A program made the translations under genes and the position numbers. The notes under the pieces are model-generated. The model ran no database searches and was not told the DNA's origin. It was given only the letters and a program-made list of their open reading frames with translations. DNA of 64,000 nt from Octopus vulgaris (lineage: Eukaryota), in assembly GCA_951406725.2 (NCBI GenBank), contig OX597825.1, forward strand, positions 86,428,001-86,492,000. The letters run 5' to 3'. This document shows, piece after piece, positions 63,191 to 64,000 of the stretch. The stretch's first letter is position 1. Each line of letters starts with the position of its first letter.

Positions 63191-63854
63191 GCGGGGCGGG
63201 GGAGAAAGAAAGGACCATTACAAAAAACTTTAATAGAATTATAATGTTGTATGTTAAAAGAATAATTGAAATATTTTAAAGTTACTGGTGACTGGATGAG
63301 CATTTGATTTTAGAGATTTGGTTAGGAATCCATTTATTGTGATTGATTTGTTTCTATTTAAACTGTAGTTGTCGTTGGTTCTGGTGGTAATTCTTTTTAC
63401 ATTTTTATACGGCAAATGATTGGGAGAACTTCTGTCATCTTTGACAAATTCAATGTTTTTTTAAGTTTGTTGATTTTATTAAATCATTATTTTAAATTTG
63501 GAAGAATGAAGTTATAAGAAAGTCAAATTGAATTTTGTTTTTCTTATCGTTAAAAAAATGATTATATCCATTTTCCCACCATCTTGTCAGTTATTTTACC
63601 AACAAATTGTTTCAGTTTGAAACACTTTTTATATTGCTAACCACTTCAGATAATGAAGTGGCAGTAATGACATATTCCAGTTGGTCACCCTGAATCAAGC
63701 TCTTTGGGCAGAACCATCGTGAGGCTTGCTACAATGGAATTCATACCCTGACACTGAGTAATCCAACTGTAGCTAGCTCCAGGTTTTATTTAAGTGTTTT
63801 ATGCTACCCTCTTTTTGTAGTCCCTTTCTCCAGGTAATTGTATACTAATTGATG

Positions 63855-64000
63855 CATGCTTCAGAACTTTGCTTTCCAGCCAGGTGATTGCGGGTCCAGT
63901 TCCACTGTGTGACATCTTGGGCAAGCATCTTCTGCTATAGAACTCTACTGACCAAAACTTTGTGAGTGAATTTAGTAGAGAGAAACTGAAAGAAGCCCAT
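63855..64000 (+). mobile_element. SINE family A head, cut by the window end
   Basis: gggtccagttccactgtgtgacatcttgggcaagcatcttctgctatag...gaaactgaaagaagccc. Confidence 0.8.

Overview
AT-rich, microsatellite-dense eukaryotic non-coding DNA. The SINE families and (TG)n/(GA)n/(TAA)n density look like a coleoid cephalopod, probably Octopus; this is inference from repeat recognition, not a database hit. No intact protein-coding gene is visible. Nearly all track ORFs are microsatellite or SINE read-through. The window is most likely intronic or intergenic, with only a few weak + strand exon candidates (best: 28318-28372). Mobile DNA dominates: about five short interspersed families (tRNA/CORE-like with two alternative tails, Meta-like, a second CORE-like family, an RTE-3'-derived family with hairpin arrays, and a (CAA)n-tailed family), a decayed R4/Dong LINE, RTE and Penelope remnants, piggyBac-type MITEs, and three Tc1/mariner classes (mariner foldback, DD37D/maT, DD37E/TRT). 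Most notable are a minimal type I hammerhead ribozyme motif at 31585-31660, a mariner derivative built from two inverted 5' ends, a variable hairpin array inside an RTE-derived repeat, and closely spaced inverted repeats that could form dsRNA. Boundaries of decayed repeats are approximate (about 10-30 bp). I found no evidence strong enough to claim a wholly new biological system.
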